Assembly: GCA_963734535.1 (NCBI GenBank)
Contig: CAVTHS010000011.1
Coordinates: forward strand, 128,001 to 192,000
Length of the DNA stretch: 64,000 nucleotides
Origin: an uncultured Chloroflexia bacterium
GTDB taxonomy: Bacteria > Chloroflexota > Limnocylindria > Limnocylindrales > CSP1-4
Reading direction: 5' to 3'
Both the position numbers and the translations under genes were made by a program. Positions 1 through 10,591 of the stretch are shown piece by piece. Position 1 is the first letter of the stretch; every line of letters begins with the position of its first letter. The notes under the pieces are model-generated. The model had not been told where the DNA came from and made no database searches. It saw only the letters and a program-made list of their open reading frames with translations.

Positions 1-3000
1 GGGCCAGGCTCGTGGGTTGCGCCGTGACGGACACGCTGGCCGTCGCGCCCGACGGCGCATCGGCGCCATCCCCGGCAAAGCTGGCCGTGACCTGGTACGA
101 ACCCGGAGTGAGCGAGGCCAGGAGCGTCACGCTCGCCGTGCCGTTGGCGTCGGTGATCGCCGGCATCAGGGCGGACCCGATCCCGATCCGGACGAGCTTG
201 CCGGCGAGCGGGTTCCCGCCCGCGGAGAGGCTGGCCGTGACCGTGACGCTGCTGCCGTAGGCGACGCTCGTGGGCGGCCCGGAAGGGAACCCGGTCACCG
301 TGGCTGCAGGCGTCGTGGTCGTGCCCGTCGGAGCGCCCGGGATCGACCCGGGATGGTAGTAGGCACCGACGTTCGCGTCGAGCGTGACGCGGCCGTCGCC
401 GTTCGCCGCCTGCACCATGAAGGCCACGCTGCCCGGGTCGGCGCCGGTCGGCAGCTGGGCGGTGCCGGTCCAGAGCGACGGATCGACTGCGTCCTGGGTC
501 AGGTCGACGGAATGCCACGTGCCCTGCTGGCCGATCACCGGTGGGATCGTCCACGTCGCCCAGACGGCCTGGATCCCCGCGGTCGGGTCACCGATGGCGC
601 GTGCCTTGAACGTGAGCACGCCCGTCCCGGCGTCGAAGCTCGTATCGACCCCGGTGATCGTCGGTGGGGAGGCAAGCGCCGCCGCGCTGAGGTCGTTGCT
701 GTAGAAGAGCCGGAAGTCCATGTTCGAGAACTGGCGGCGCGTGCTCGTGAGGGGGTTGGTGTCCGAGACGTGCTGGACGGGCGTGACCTGCAGGCGCGTG
801 ACCCCCGCGCCGCCGATCGCGTCGAACGAGTTGACCGACCACGGCTCGACCGGGAAGAGCACGTCCGTGAAGAACGGCGCGTGGATGCCGCGCAGTTCCG
901 TGGCGGGAGCGGCCGTGAGCGGGGTCACGCCGCTCGTCTCCGTGTAGGTGCCCCCGCGAAAGCCGGCGCCGCGCAGGAGATAGCCGGCGCTCGGCGAGGT
1001 GACGTTGGCGCTCACGAGGGGAAGGATCGGCTGCATCGGGCGCAGCACGACGCTGCCGTCGGGTGGGGCCAGGTAGGTGGCGATCGGACCCGCCGTGAGG
1101 TCGGGGTTCGTGAGCTGGAGGCTGTTGGACGCAAGCGCCGCCGTGACGCTGGTGTCGGCCGTGGCGAGACCCAGCGCGCTGCCGGGAGTCCCGGTCGCGA
1201 CCGGAGCGATCGAGGCGATGGTGCTCGAATCGGGCGCCTGGTAGATCCGCCCCTGCGGCAGGTTGACGCCGAGCATGGGCAGCCCGAAGAGCGTCGACTC
1301 GAGGAGCGCCTTCTCGTCGAGCGCGGTCAGCGAGGGCGTGGTCGCCAGGTAGACGCGCTTGGAGCGAACCAGCGCATCGCCGACCGCGACCGGGGTCGGC
1401 TGACCCTGCGGGTCGGTGGTCACCAGGAGCTGCCGCGAGAACTCGGCGTAGATCCGCTCGCTGTAGGCGAGGAAGTCGGTGTCGCCGTACTGGTAGCCAG
1501 TCCCGGCGATGAGCGTCGCCTTCCTGCCCGCGAATGCCTGCGCCCAGTCCATCGGCTGGGTCACGTTGGGGATCGCGTCGCGGTTGACGATGTTGTAGCC
1601 GGAATGGCAGCCGGCGCTGAAGACGATCGCGTTCGTGAAGTCCGTGGCCGACGCACCGAGCTCGGTCGAGAGGACGTTCGTCGCGTAGTCGGCCGCCAGC
1701 GCGTCGTTGGCGCTGAAGTGCCCGGCCAGGAAGATGAGGTCGTGCCGCCCGGACTGCAGCAGGGCCCTGCGGAGGTCGGCGCCGGTCCACGAGTGGAGTC
1801 GGTCGGGGGTTCCGTTCACGGTCACCAGGCCGGGTGCCACGCCCTCGTTCGTGATCAGCGTCGCGTTCCCGGTGCCGCCGATGCCGGCTCGGAGGTTGGA
1901 CGCGACGGCGTCCGCGGCATCCTGGAGGAAGTCGTAGCCGGTCACGAGCGAGGTCGTCGGGGTCGCCACGACGCCGTTGGTCGAGCCCGTTGTAGGCATC
2001 GAGCATGCCGCCGATCTCGGCGGGCGTCTCGATGAGCCGGCCGACCGCGAGGTCCGGCACGGGGAACTGCGCGCCCAGCACCGAGACCTGGTCCTTGGTC
2101 CCGTAGGCGTCCTGGTTGAGGACGTAGCCGAGCCGCAGGCTCGCCTGCGACGCGCTGGCGTCGAGCACGGGCGGGGTATACAGCGTCTCGTTGCCCAGGA
2201 GCGCGGGATCCGGGTAGCGGAAGAAGGGGATCACCCCGTCGCTGCCGACGACCACCACGTACCGGACGGGATTGTCGGCGCGGTAGGCGTCGACGATCCG
2301 CTTGATGGCCGATGCGACAAGGTTCTTGGCGTACGGACAGCTGGCGTGCGCGTCGGCCTGGGAGTTGAGTGAGGCGACGGTCGCGTCGGCGCTCACGTCG
2401 ACGATCGCGCCGTTGACCTTCGCGCTGAACGTGGCCAGCTTGCCGGCGAGCGTGGCATCGATCGTCATCCGGTGGCTGTCCGTGAGGATGACCGTGCCGA
2501 CGCTGCCCGCCGGCGCGACGGGGCTGCTGGCCTGGTCAGAGACGCCGACGCAGGGGCTGCCCTCGCGCGTGACCGCCAGCGAGAACGCATGGGATGGATC
2601 GAACGCGCCGTTCTTGCCCTGGACGCGGACATACACGAAGCCCGTGTTGTTCCAGGTGTTGACGGAGACGCTCTCAGACGGCCAGCCCCGTCCCGGCCGA
2701 GACCGCGAGCAGGCTCGCGGTCTGGGCGCTCGTGAAGATCTTCGGGTCGTTCGGGAACGAGCCGCTCCATTGCGAGGGGCTCCACTGCGAGGGTGACCAC
2801 TGCGAGGGCGACCACTGCGACGGGCTCCACTGGGACGGACTCCACTGCGACGGCGACCACTGGGAGGGCGACCACTGCGACGGTGCCCACTGCGAGGCGC
2901 TCCACTGCGACGGCGCACCACTGCGACGGGCTCCACTGGGACGGGCTGAAGCCGGCCGTGTTCAGGGTCGGGTTCCAGTTGGTGGGATCCCACGCCGAGG

Positions 3001-4279
3001 GGTTGTACTGCGACGTGTTGAAGGCATCGCCGGGCGCGCTGGCGTCCTGCTTGGCGAGGTCCGTCAGCGCCAGCGATGGGCCGGTCGTGGAGGTCGCGCC
3101 GGCGGTCAACGCGTCGTAGGCGGCCCCGATGTCGCTGAAGACGATGAGGTCGTAGTCGGCGGGCAGCTGGGACAGCGTGATGTCGACGCGCCCGTTGGGC
3201 AGGATCGGCACCTTGAACCAGCGCGCCTCGCCCTGGTTCTGGAGGTAGCCGGACGCCGGTCGCCTGGCCGTTCGTGTCGAGCGAAAGCGGTGTCGCGGTC
3301 GGCCAGGAGGTGTTGTTCGGCTCGACGCGGACGCAGTTCGAGAACGCCGATGGAGAGCCGCCCGGGACGTTCGCCTGCGCGCGGACATAGGTGCCCTCGA
3401 CGAGCGTCGGGAAGTCCAGGGCGAACGCCGCGATCCCGTTCGAATTCGTGGTGATCAAGCTCGGGGTCGGGTTGAGCAGTGCCGGTTCCGGGTCGCCGCA
3501 GGTGGCGCTCGTGTAGAAGGTCAGCTGGTAGGCCGTCCCGGCCGGGACGCTGTCCTTCACAAGGCCGGCGATGCCGCCGTTCGGGACGGCGCCGAAGAGG
3601 ACCGGCGCTGGCGCCTGGGTCGCCGGTGTCACCGACACGTTGTCGAGGGCGATCCCGTATGGAGCTGCTGGCCGCGTCCGTCGACACGAACGCCAGACGC
3701 GAGGTCGTCCCGGTCGCCACGACCGTCACCTGGCCGTGCGTCCACCCCATGGTGGTCGACGAGGATCCAGAGGTGTGGTCGACATGAAGCGGCGTCGACG
3801 CTCCCCACTCGACATCCATTCCGGCTGGTCCATCGGCGCTGGGACGCTCGAAGTTGGCGGTATAGTCAAAGGAGACGAGGTACGCTTGTCCGGGGATCGT
3901 CGTGAAGACCTGGGAGATTGTCCCCGCGATCCTCTCGTTCGCGTCCGGACGCGCTGCCGTCGAGGTCGATCGACTGGGAACCCTCCGATGGCGACCAGTA
4001 CCCCTTGATGAGGTCGACCGAGCCGCTGTCGAGCGACCACCCCGTGATGCCGGGCGCCGGAGAAACGAAGGTGTCGAACGTCGAAGCGTTGACGACGGGC
4101 GGCAGCTCGAAGCCACCGTTCGTGACGAGGTTGCTCAGGGTCGGCGCGAGGCTCGTGAAGACCGAGCTACCGGTCGCGACGGAGACCGATGCGACGCCAG
4201 GGAGGCCGCTGACCGCGAGCGCAACCGCGGCTGCCAGGCCAGGCCAACGCGACGAACGCGTGCGCGAGTGCCCCCTCAC
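1..4279 (-). CDS. Large secreted multidomain protein: signal peptide, choice-of-anchor C/DUF642-like domain, SPSQW repeat, C25/gingipain-like (clan CD) cysteine peptidase domain, Ig-like C-terminal region; runs off window start; several frameshifts
   Basis: GTG at 4279 with purine-rich RBS-like sequence; hydrophobic N-terminus; NLVTNGGFE...GWSLDSGSVDLIKGYWSPSEGSQSIDLDG; YVVVVGSDGVIP and PDLAVGRL; LAGHFS (His codon 1718-1720) and SAGCHSG (Cys codon 1607-1609). Pieced together from ORFs 3866..4393, 3106..4116, 588..3638, 2465..3388 and an unlisted frame below about 1975. Confidence 0.75.
2767..2947 (-). repeat. 12 tandem 15-bp units encoding (S/A)(P/A)SQW pentapeptides
   Basis: 181 bp = 12x15 plus one inserted base; synonymous variation between units indicates selection at protein level. 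Confidence 0.95.
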
Positions 4280-4364
4280 CGGATCCCCCCTGATCTCGAG
4301 GCCGATGCCTCGTCCCACTCGGTCGCGGCGACCAGCGTCCCGGAACCACCCCCCGGAACTCGGC

Positions 4365-4393
4365 ACAGTACGCAGATTCGCAACGCGCGGCAA
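4365..4393 (-). promoter_or_regulatory. Putative sigma70-type promoter of the large secreted protein
   Basis: Minus strand TTGCCG-N17-TACTGT. Confidence 0.5.
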
Positions 4394-4436
4394 TACCCAA
4401 ATCGCAGTGGCCGCGGGCGCGTCTCAGCCGCACGTC

Positions 4437-7400
4437 TCAGAGGAAGGCGAGCGCCTCCTCGATCGCGGCCTCGAGCCCGAGCCGCCGCCCCGCGGCCCAC
4501 GGCTCGGCCGCGTCCGGGCCGAGCGCGTCGCGCGATGCACGCAGCTGGCCGTCGAGCTCCTGCTGGTCGGCCGGACCGCGCGGCGCCCCGATCTCGTCGC
4601 GGACAGCCGCGCCGGCCCCCGCCAGTCGCAGGGCAACCTCATGCTGCTCGAGCAGCGTCGCGAGCACCGCGACGTCCTCCAGCATGAACGCCAGCGCCCA
4701 CTTGTCTCCGTGCTCGCGGTAGGTCAGCAGCGCTCGCCGGAACAGGTTCCGCGTCGCCCTGTAGTCGCGTTGGGAGCGTGTCAGGAGGCCGAGGTTGTGC
4801 TCGCCGAGCGCGATCATCCACGGATCTCCCGTCTCGCGGCGCAGGCGCAGGCTCTCCTCCTGGCAGTCGCGCGCTTCGCTCACGTTCCCTTTCAACAGGA
4901 GCACGTTGCCCAGGTTCATCAGCGAGATCGCGATCGCGCCCTTGTCGCCGGCCTCGACCCGGAGGCCAAGGCCCTCCTCGTGGAGCGCCCACGATCGGTC
5001 GTAGTCCCCGTCGTATTCGGCCATGATCCCGAGGTTGGAGAGGAGCGCCCCCATGGCTGCCTTGTCCCCGAGCTCGCGACGGATCTCGAGGCTCGCCTCG
5101 AGGAGCGAGCGGGCCGTCACGAAGTCGCCGCGCGTCGCCGCCACCGTCCCCTGGACCTGGGTCACGCGGCCCAGGCCGACGCGGTCGCCGAGCAGCTCGA
5201 AGCGCTCGCGAGCCGCGGTCAGCCAGCTCGACGCCTCGTCGTATTCGCCGCGCTTCCGGGCAAGGTCGGCCAGCGCGACGTCAGTCCAGGCAGTCGCCGA
5301 CGGGTCCGCCGTGCCGTCCGCAAGCGCGAGCGCGTCCCGGTACGCGCGGCCGGCTCCGGGCCAGTCACCGGCCACCTCCAGCGCCTCGCCGAGGCGGCGC
5401 GTGACCTCCCAGCGGTCCACGCCTTCGAGGAGGGGCGCTGCGCGCTCGAAGTAGCTGATCGCGGCGGCATTCGCGTACGTCGCCTGGGCCGCCTTCCCGG
5501 CCCTCACCAGGTACTCGCGCTTCTTGGCCGGGTTGTCGCCGTGCCAGTAGTGGTGGGCCAGCAGGTCCAGGTTCCGGTCGATCGCCTCGGGCTCGCTCTC
5601 CTCCACGTGCCTGCCCACTCGTCCGTGGAGCGACGCCCGGATCTCGAACGGGAGGCTCTCATAGGCGACCTCCTGGGTGACGACGTGCTTGAACAGGTAC
5701 GAGTCGTCGGCCTCGACGTCGAGGTGGACCAGCTCGGCCTCGCGCAGGCGCACCAGGTGGTCGCGCACGTCCGCAAGATCACCGAGCTCGGGGTGGACGC
5801 TCGGCAGCCACGCGGCGCGGAACAGGCGCCCGATCACGCTCGCGACCTTGAGCGTCCGGCGCGGAGACTCCGCGAGCGCGTCGATGCGGCTCAGGATCAG
5901 GCTCTGGAGGCTGTCCGGCAGCTCGAGCGCGCCGAGCGCGACCGTGTCGCTCGGATCGATCCCCTGGGCCCGGATGTAGGTCAGCAGCTCCTCGACGTAG
6001 AACGGGTTGCCCTGCGAACGGGCCGTCACGAGCTCCACGAGCGAGTCGGCGGCATCGACGCTGCCCCCGGACTCCTGCTCGAGCTTGGCGCGGATGAGCA
6101 GCGCAGCGTCGGCGCGGTCGAGCTCCGAGAGGGCGATCTCGGAGAAGCCGGCGAGTCGCTCGATCCCGAGCGTGGCGCCGGGCAACGTGGCCGGGCGCAT
6201 GGCTACGACGAGGAGCACGTGGAGCGTGGGGCAGGCGCGGGCGAGCGCCACGAGCAGGTCCCGGGAGAGCGGGTCGAGCCAGTGGCAATCCTCGAGGACG
6301 AGCACGAGCGGGTGGCGAGCGGCTCGAGCCTGGAGGCAGGCCACGAGCAGGCTCTCGAGCGACGCCTTGCGGACCTTCGCGTCGAAGGGCCGCGTGAGAT
6401 CGTTATCGGGGATCTCGATGTCGAGGACCACGTCGAGGAGGGGCGCCCTCGCCACGAGGGATGGGTCGATCGAGGCCAGCTCCAGCTCCAGCTCGCGGAC
6501 ACGTTCGGTTGGCGGCTTCTCGAGGTGGACGTGCAGCAGCCGACGCCACACCTCCCGCCATGGGAAGTAGCTGGTGTTCGCCCCGTAGGCCTGACATTCC
6601 CCGGTGGCAACCATCACGCCGCCCCGGCGCGCATCACGGACCAGCTCCGCGACGAGGCGCGACTTGCCGAGCCCGGCCTCGGCGGTGATCGCGATGATGC
6701 GCCCGGTTCCCGCCGCCGCCTCGTCGAGCCGCGCACGGAGCGCCTCGACCTCCGAAGCGCGACCGAACATGGGGAGGCGGTACCGCGTGCGACGCGTCCT
6801 CCCCTCGCGAGCCCCCGTGAGCGAGAACGCCGTGACGGGCGCGGACTTGCCCTTCACGGACAGCGGTCCCAACGGCTCCCATGAGAACGCCTCGCCGGCC
6901 GCGTTCCGGACCGCCTCGGAGGCGTAGACGCGGCCGGCCGGCGCCGCCGACATCAGGCGGGCCGCCAGGTTGACGGCGTCGCCGAGGCACACGAACGTGC
7001 GCCGCATCGAATGGCCGTACGTGCCGCTCCGGAGCTGGCCGTGGGCGATCCCCACCTGGATCCCGGTCACAGCCGTGGCGCCCTCCAGGTCGAGGAGCGC
7101 AAGTGCCGCGGCGGCGGCCCGGGCGGCGTCGTCCTCGTGCGCGATCGGCGAGCCGAAGACGCCGTAGAGGTAGGCGCCCTTGTCCCCGAGCGTGAGCTGG
7201 AGGGCCGTGCCTCCGAACCCCCGCAGGATCCGCTGGGCGCCGCTCACGAACGCGTCGAGCTTCGCGATCGCCTCGTCATCGGCGTCATAGTCGATGCCCC
7301 CGAACCGCAGGAACAGCGGAAACGCCGCCCGCAGCTCGGCGAGGAGCTCGCCGTGACCCGCCCGCAGGCGCTCGTAGACCGCCGGAAGGATCCAGGGACG

Positions 7401-8132
7401 AACCTGCTCATCGTCGAGGCTCTCGACCATCGCGGATGCCGGGACTGCCTCGACCTCCACGCTGAGATGGCTCACGACCGCGATGGTGCGGCCCGTTGCC
7501 TCGTCCTGCCGTTCGGCGGCGATCTCGGCGCGGGCGCCGAGCGAGGCGCGCGCCGCCGGATCGAGCACGACCTCGCCCGGTTGGGCATGCTCCTCGGCCT
7601 GGGCAAGGTCGTCGATAAGCCGACCCGCGAGCACCTCGATGAGCTGGATCTCCGGATCGCCCACCAGGAAGCGTCGCGCCGGCCCGACGGCGACGGCCAC
7701 CTTCATCGCCAGGCGGATGCTGGCGCCGGACGGCGTCACGATCTCGCCGACTCGGTCGAGGGCGCGGTGCATGGCGAACCCGGCAGCAACAGCGCGGACG
7801 CCGTCGTCGCCGTCGATCCAGCACGTGATCGCATCCCCGCTGAAGTAGATGACATCACCGCCGAAGCGATCGAGCTCATCGATCACGGCGTGGAAGACGC
7901 GGTTGAGGTGCCCGGTCAGCTCCTCGGCCCCGCGTCGCCGCCCGTGCTCGCGCGCGAGCTGCTCGGTGAGCCGCGTGAAACCGGAGATGTCGGCGAAGAT
8001 CGCGGCGCCCCGAACACGGTCGGGAAGGTCTCGTGCCGCGACGAGCGCCCGGCGGCGGTCTCCGGGCAGGTATGCCTCCGGCCGCTCGTGGACGGCTGCG
8101 TGGGTGGCCTCGACGATCGGGACGATCGACAC
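4437..8132 (-). CDS. Adenylate/guanylate cyclase (two class III domains) + STAND/AAA ATPase + TPR repeats
   Basis: FADISGFT and FSGDA cyclase motifs, GDKG and GDAVNLAARLM in the second domain, Walker A AEAGLGKS, Walker B LVLEDCHW, C-terminal TPR-like helices. Confidence 0.9.
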   Translation of the reverse strand: MSIVPIVEATHAAVHERPEAYLPGDRRRALVAARDLPDRVRGAAIFADISGFTRLTEQLAREHGRRRGAEELTGHLNRVFHAVIDELDRFGGDVIYFSGDAITCWIDGDDGVRAVAAGFAMHRALDRVGEIVTPSGASIRLAMKVAVAVGPARRFLVGDPEIQLIEVLAGRLIDDLAQAEEHAQPGEVVLDPAARASLGARAEIAAERQDEATGRTIAVVSHLSVEVEAVPASAMVESLDDEQVRPWILPAVYERLRAGHGELLAELRAAFPLFLRFGGIDYDADDEAIAKLDAFVSGAQRILRGFGGTALQLTLGDKGAYLYGVFGSPIAHEDDAARAAAAALALLDLEGATAVTGIQVGIAHGQLRSGTYGHSMRRTFVCLGDAVNLAARLMSAAPAGRVYASEAVRNAAGEAFSWEPLGPLSVKGKSAPVTAFSLTGAREGRTRRTRYRLPMFGRASEVEALRARLDEAAAGTGRIIAITAEAGLGKSRLVAELVRDARRGGVMVATGECQAYGANTSYFPWREVWRRLLHVHLEKPPTERVRELELELASIDPSLVARAPLLDVVLDIEIPDNDLTRPFDAKVRKASLESLLVACLQARAARHPLVLVLEDCHWLDPLSRDLLVALARACPTLHVLLVVAMRPATLPGATLGIERLAGFSEIALSELDRADAALLIRAKLEQESGGSVDAADSLVELVTARSQGNPFYVEELLTYIRAQGIDPSDTVALGALELPDSLQSLILSRIDALAESPRRTLKVASVIGRLFRAAWLPSVHPELGDLADVRDHLVRLREAELVHLDVEADDSYLFKHVVTQEVAYESLPFEIRASLHGRVGRHVEESEPEAIDRNLDLLAHHYWHGDNPAKKREYLVRAGKAAQATYANAAAISYFERAAPLLEGVDRWEVTRRLGEALEVAGDWPGAGRAYRDALALADGTADPSATAWTDVALADLARKRGEYDEASSWLTAARERFELLGDRVGLGRVTQVQGTVAATRGDFVTARSLLEASLEIRRELGDKAAMGALLSNLGIMAEYDGDYDRSWALHEEGLGLRVEAGDKGAIAISLMNLGNVLLLKGNVSEARDCQEESLRLRRETGDPWMIALGEHNLGLLTRSQRDYRATRNLFRRALLTYREHGDKWALAFMLEDVAVLATLLEQHEVALRLAGAGAAVRDEIGAPRGPADQQELDGQLRASRDALGPDAAEPWAAGRRLGLEAAIEEALAFL

Positions 8133-8141
8133 GGGTGCGCC

Positions 8142-8849
8142 CTATGCCCGGCCGATCATCACGAGCTGGGTCGCGCCGCGTACCCCGACCGCGTGAAGCC
8201 GCGCGCGCAGGCCCTCGCCGCGTGCCTGGAGGTCCGGGTGTCCTTCGGCAAGCTCGATGTGCCGGTCGATCGCGGCCTCGAGGTCGGCGACAATCCCCGG
8301 GTCATGGGGATCCTCGTCCGGGTCGGCGAGATCGACCGCGCGCAGGTCCGCGAGGCCCAGGCGCCCGACGATGTCGACGATCTGCGCCCGCTCGTACGTC
8401 TCCCGGTGCATCTCGCCGCGGATCCGGTTCACGCTCGCCCACCAGTGGTGCAGGAGGACGTGCGTCGTCTGGGCCTCGGACTGGCCGTCCTGGTACATCT
8501 CGTTGACGACGAGGTGGCCTCCCCGACGAAGGACGCGCAGCATCTCCGTGAGCACGGGGTCCGGGTTCGCGAAATGGTGGAGCGAGTTGGAGATACAGGC
8601 GGTGTCGAAGGAGCGATCCGGGAAGCGGAGGTGGTGGGCGTCCATCTGCTCGAACCGGATGTCGGCCGTCTCGCCGAACGTGGTCCTGAAGGCCGCTCCG
8701 CGCTCCCCGTTCGCGTCGATCCCGACGATCTCCGCGTGATCCCGAAGGCCCTCGAGCAGGAAGCGGACGAAGCCGCCCGTCCCGGTCGCGACGTCGAGCA
8801 CGCGCCCGCCGGAGATCTCGCCGAGGACTCGCCTCGGGTCAATCGGCAT
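8142..8849 (-). CDS. Class I SAM-dependent methyltransferase
   Basis: VLDVATGTG motif I; FPDRSFD; LTEMLRVLRRGG. Confidence 0.9.
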   Translation of the reverse strand: MPIDPRRVLGEISGGRVLDVATGTGGFVRFLLEGLRDHAEIVGIDANGERGAAFRTTFGETADIRFEQMDAHHLRFPDRSFDTACISNSLHHFANPDPVLTEMLRVLRRGGHLVVNEMYQDGQSEAQTTHVLLHHWWASVNRIRGEMHRETYERAQIVDIVGRLGLADLRAVDLADPDEDPHDPGIVADLEAAIDRHIELAEGHPDLQARGEGLRARLHAVGVRGATQLVMIGRA

Positions 8850-8867
8850 GGAGGACCGCCCTGCGAC

Positions 8868-10062
8868 TCACGGCAGGAACTCGTCGAGCGGGGCCGCGCC
8901 GCAGGCCGCGCCGAGGCAGGGGAGCCCGAAGATGTCCTCGATCGTCCGGAGCAGCCCGTAGTGGTCGTGGAACGTCGAGGACGTGACGCCCGCCAGCCCC
9001 TGGCGGGCCACCATCGTGAAGATGCGGCCCCCGCCGTTCACGTTCGTGCCGCCCTCGTCGAACGAGACGACGAGCAGCGTGTGCGCCCACTCCGGTCCCG
9101 TCAGCACGCCGCGCACGAACGCCCGCAGGAACGCATCTCCCTGCGCCGCCGGGCAGTCGTGCATGTCGTTGCACAGGTTCGGGACCACGAAGGCGACGTT
9201 CACGCCTGGATCGAACCGCGCGAGCGGCTGGATGTTCGCGCACTGGCTGCTCCCGGACACGGAGGTGAAGCTCATCGCGGGGTTGTGCTTGCGCGCGTAG
9301 GTCCCCGCGACCCCCGGGCCGTCCACGCCCCCGGTGTACGCGGCGGCCCGGTTGCAGCCCGAGGCGGGGTAGTCCTGGGCGTACACCCGCCACGACCGGC
9401 CGGCGGCCGCCAGCTGGCTTGACAGGCTCGGGCCGGAGAGGTCGTGGATCGCGTCGTCCGTGATGCCGTGCGTCGAGCCGGACCAGAAGGCGAGGTAGTT
9501 CGGCAGCGACGGGTGGGTGACGGCGTAGAACGCATCCGCCCGCCCGTAGGTCTGCGAGAGGCCGTAGAGGTACGGCATCGTGGAGGCCGTCACGGCAGAG
9601 GCCTCCCGGTTCTCCATCCAGATGACGATCACGTGGGAGATCACCGACGCGGCAGGGCTCGTGGGCGCAGCGGTGGGCGTCGGCGCCGGCCGGGCCGACG
9701 GGGCGGGCGTGGGCGTCGGTCGGGCGGAAGGTGCCGGCGTCGCGGACGGCCTGGCGGCCGGCGTGGGCGATGGCCGGACGGACGGTGCCGACGACGACCC
9801 CGCGGCCGGCGTCACCGATGGCCGGGCGGATGGCGCGGACGACGGACCGCTCGAGGGGCGACTGGGTGCCGAGCTTCGCGACGGGTTGGAGGCGCTCGCC
9901 GACGGCGTGTCGGTGGCCATCGGCGGCCGCGCTCGCCGAGGCGGCCGGGCTCGCGGACGCGGCGACGCCCGTGGGGGCCGGGCTCACCGGCGCGGGCGTT
10001 GCCTGGCACGCGGCGAGCATGGCCGCCAGCCCGAACGTCGCGACCGCGCGACGGGGCGTCAT
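8868..10062 (-). CDS. Lipoprotein phosphoesterase (acid phosphatase/SapM-like, alkaline phosphatase superfamily) with Pro/Ser/Ala linker; one frameshift near 9920
   Basis: Lipobox LAAC; HVIVIWMENR, THPSLPNYLA, RKHNP, CNDMHD, SFDEG, HYGLLRTIED. Confidence 0.85.
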
Positions 10063-10090
10063 CCCCGGCACCCCATGCCGCGCGACCGGC

Positions 10091-10591
10091 CTATTCGCCC
10101 ATCACCACGAAGTGCACGCTCCGATCGCGCGCCCGGACCCCGTCGAAATCGACGAAGTAGATGCGACCGAACTCGCCCAGCTCGAGCTTCCCGTCGACGA
10201 CCGGGATGGTCTCCGAACGGCCGATCAGGCCGGACCGGATGTGCGCGTCGGTGTTCAGGCTCCAGGCGGCCTCCTCTCCCAGGTCATCCACCGCGTGATG
10301 GATGTGCCTGGGTCCCGGATGCAGGTACTGGCCCTCGTGGCGGCAGGTCGGCACGACCGCCTCCAGGCGGTCGAGCATGTCCTGGAGCAGGTGTTCGGTG
10401 CCGTCGAACAGGCGGTCGTGCGACTCCTCCTGGATCATCACGCTGCACGTCGTGTGCTTCGAGTAGACCGTCAGGGTACCCATGCGGACCCCCGACCGGG
10501 ATACCGCCGCCTCGGCCTCCGCGGTGACGTCGTGAAACATCGGCTTGCGCAGGGGGCTGTGCAGGTCGACGGTCGCGCTATGGACGGTCAT
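10091..10591 (-). CDS. yjbQ: YjbQ/UPF0047 family protein
   Basis: HTTCSVMIQE, NTDAHIRS, GKLELGEFGRIYFVDFDG; ATG overlaps the TIM stop. Confidence 0.85.
   Translation of the reverse strand: MTVHSATVDLHSPLRKPMFHDVTAEAEAAVSRSGVRMGTLTVYSKHTTCSVMIQEESHDRLFDGTEHLLQDMLDRLEAVVPTCRHEGQYLHPGPRHIHHAVDDLGEEAAWSLNTDAHIRSGLIGRSETIPVVDGKLELGEFGRIYFVDFDGVRARDRSVHFVVMGE

Noticed and set aside
17-2035. Long antisense or alternative-frame ORFs (e.g. 17..2035, 3918..6884, 11373..14375, 34061..35650)
   Set aside because: These are Arg/Gly/Pro-rich shadow ORFs expected at very high GC, lying opposite well-supported genes.
2767-2947. 15-bp repeat as a CRISPR array or as CxxxH heme motifs on the plus strand
   Set aside because: There are no spacers or cas genes. 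The repeat is in frame with the minus-strand protein, and the plus-strand HCEG pattern is its shadow.
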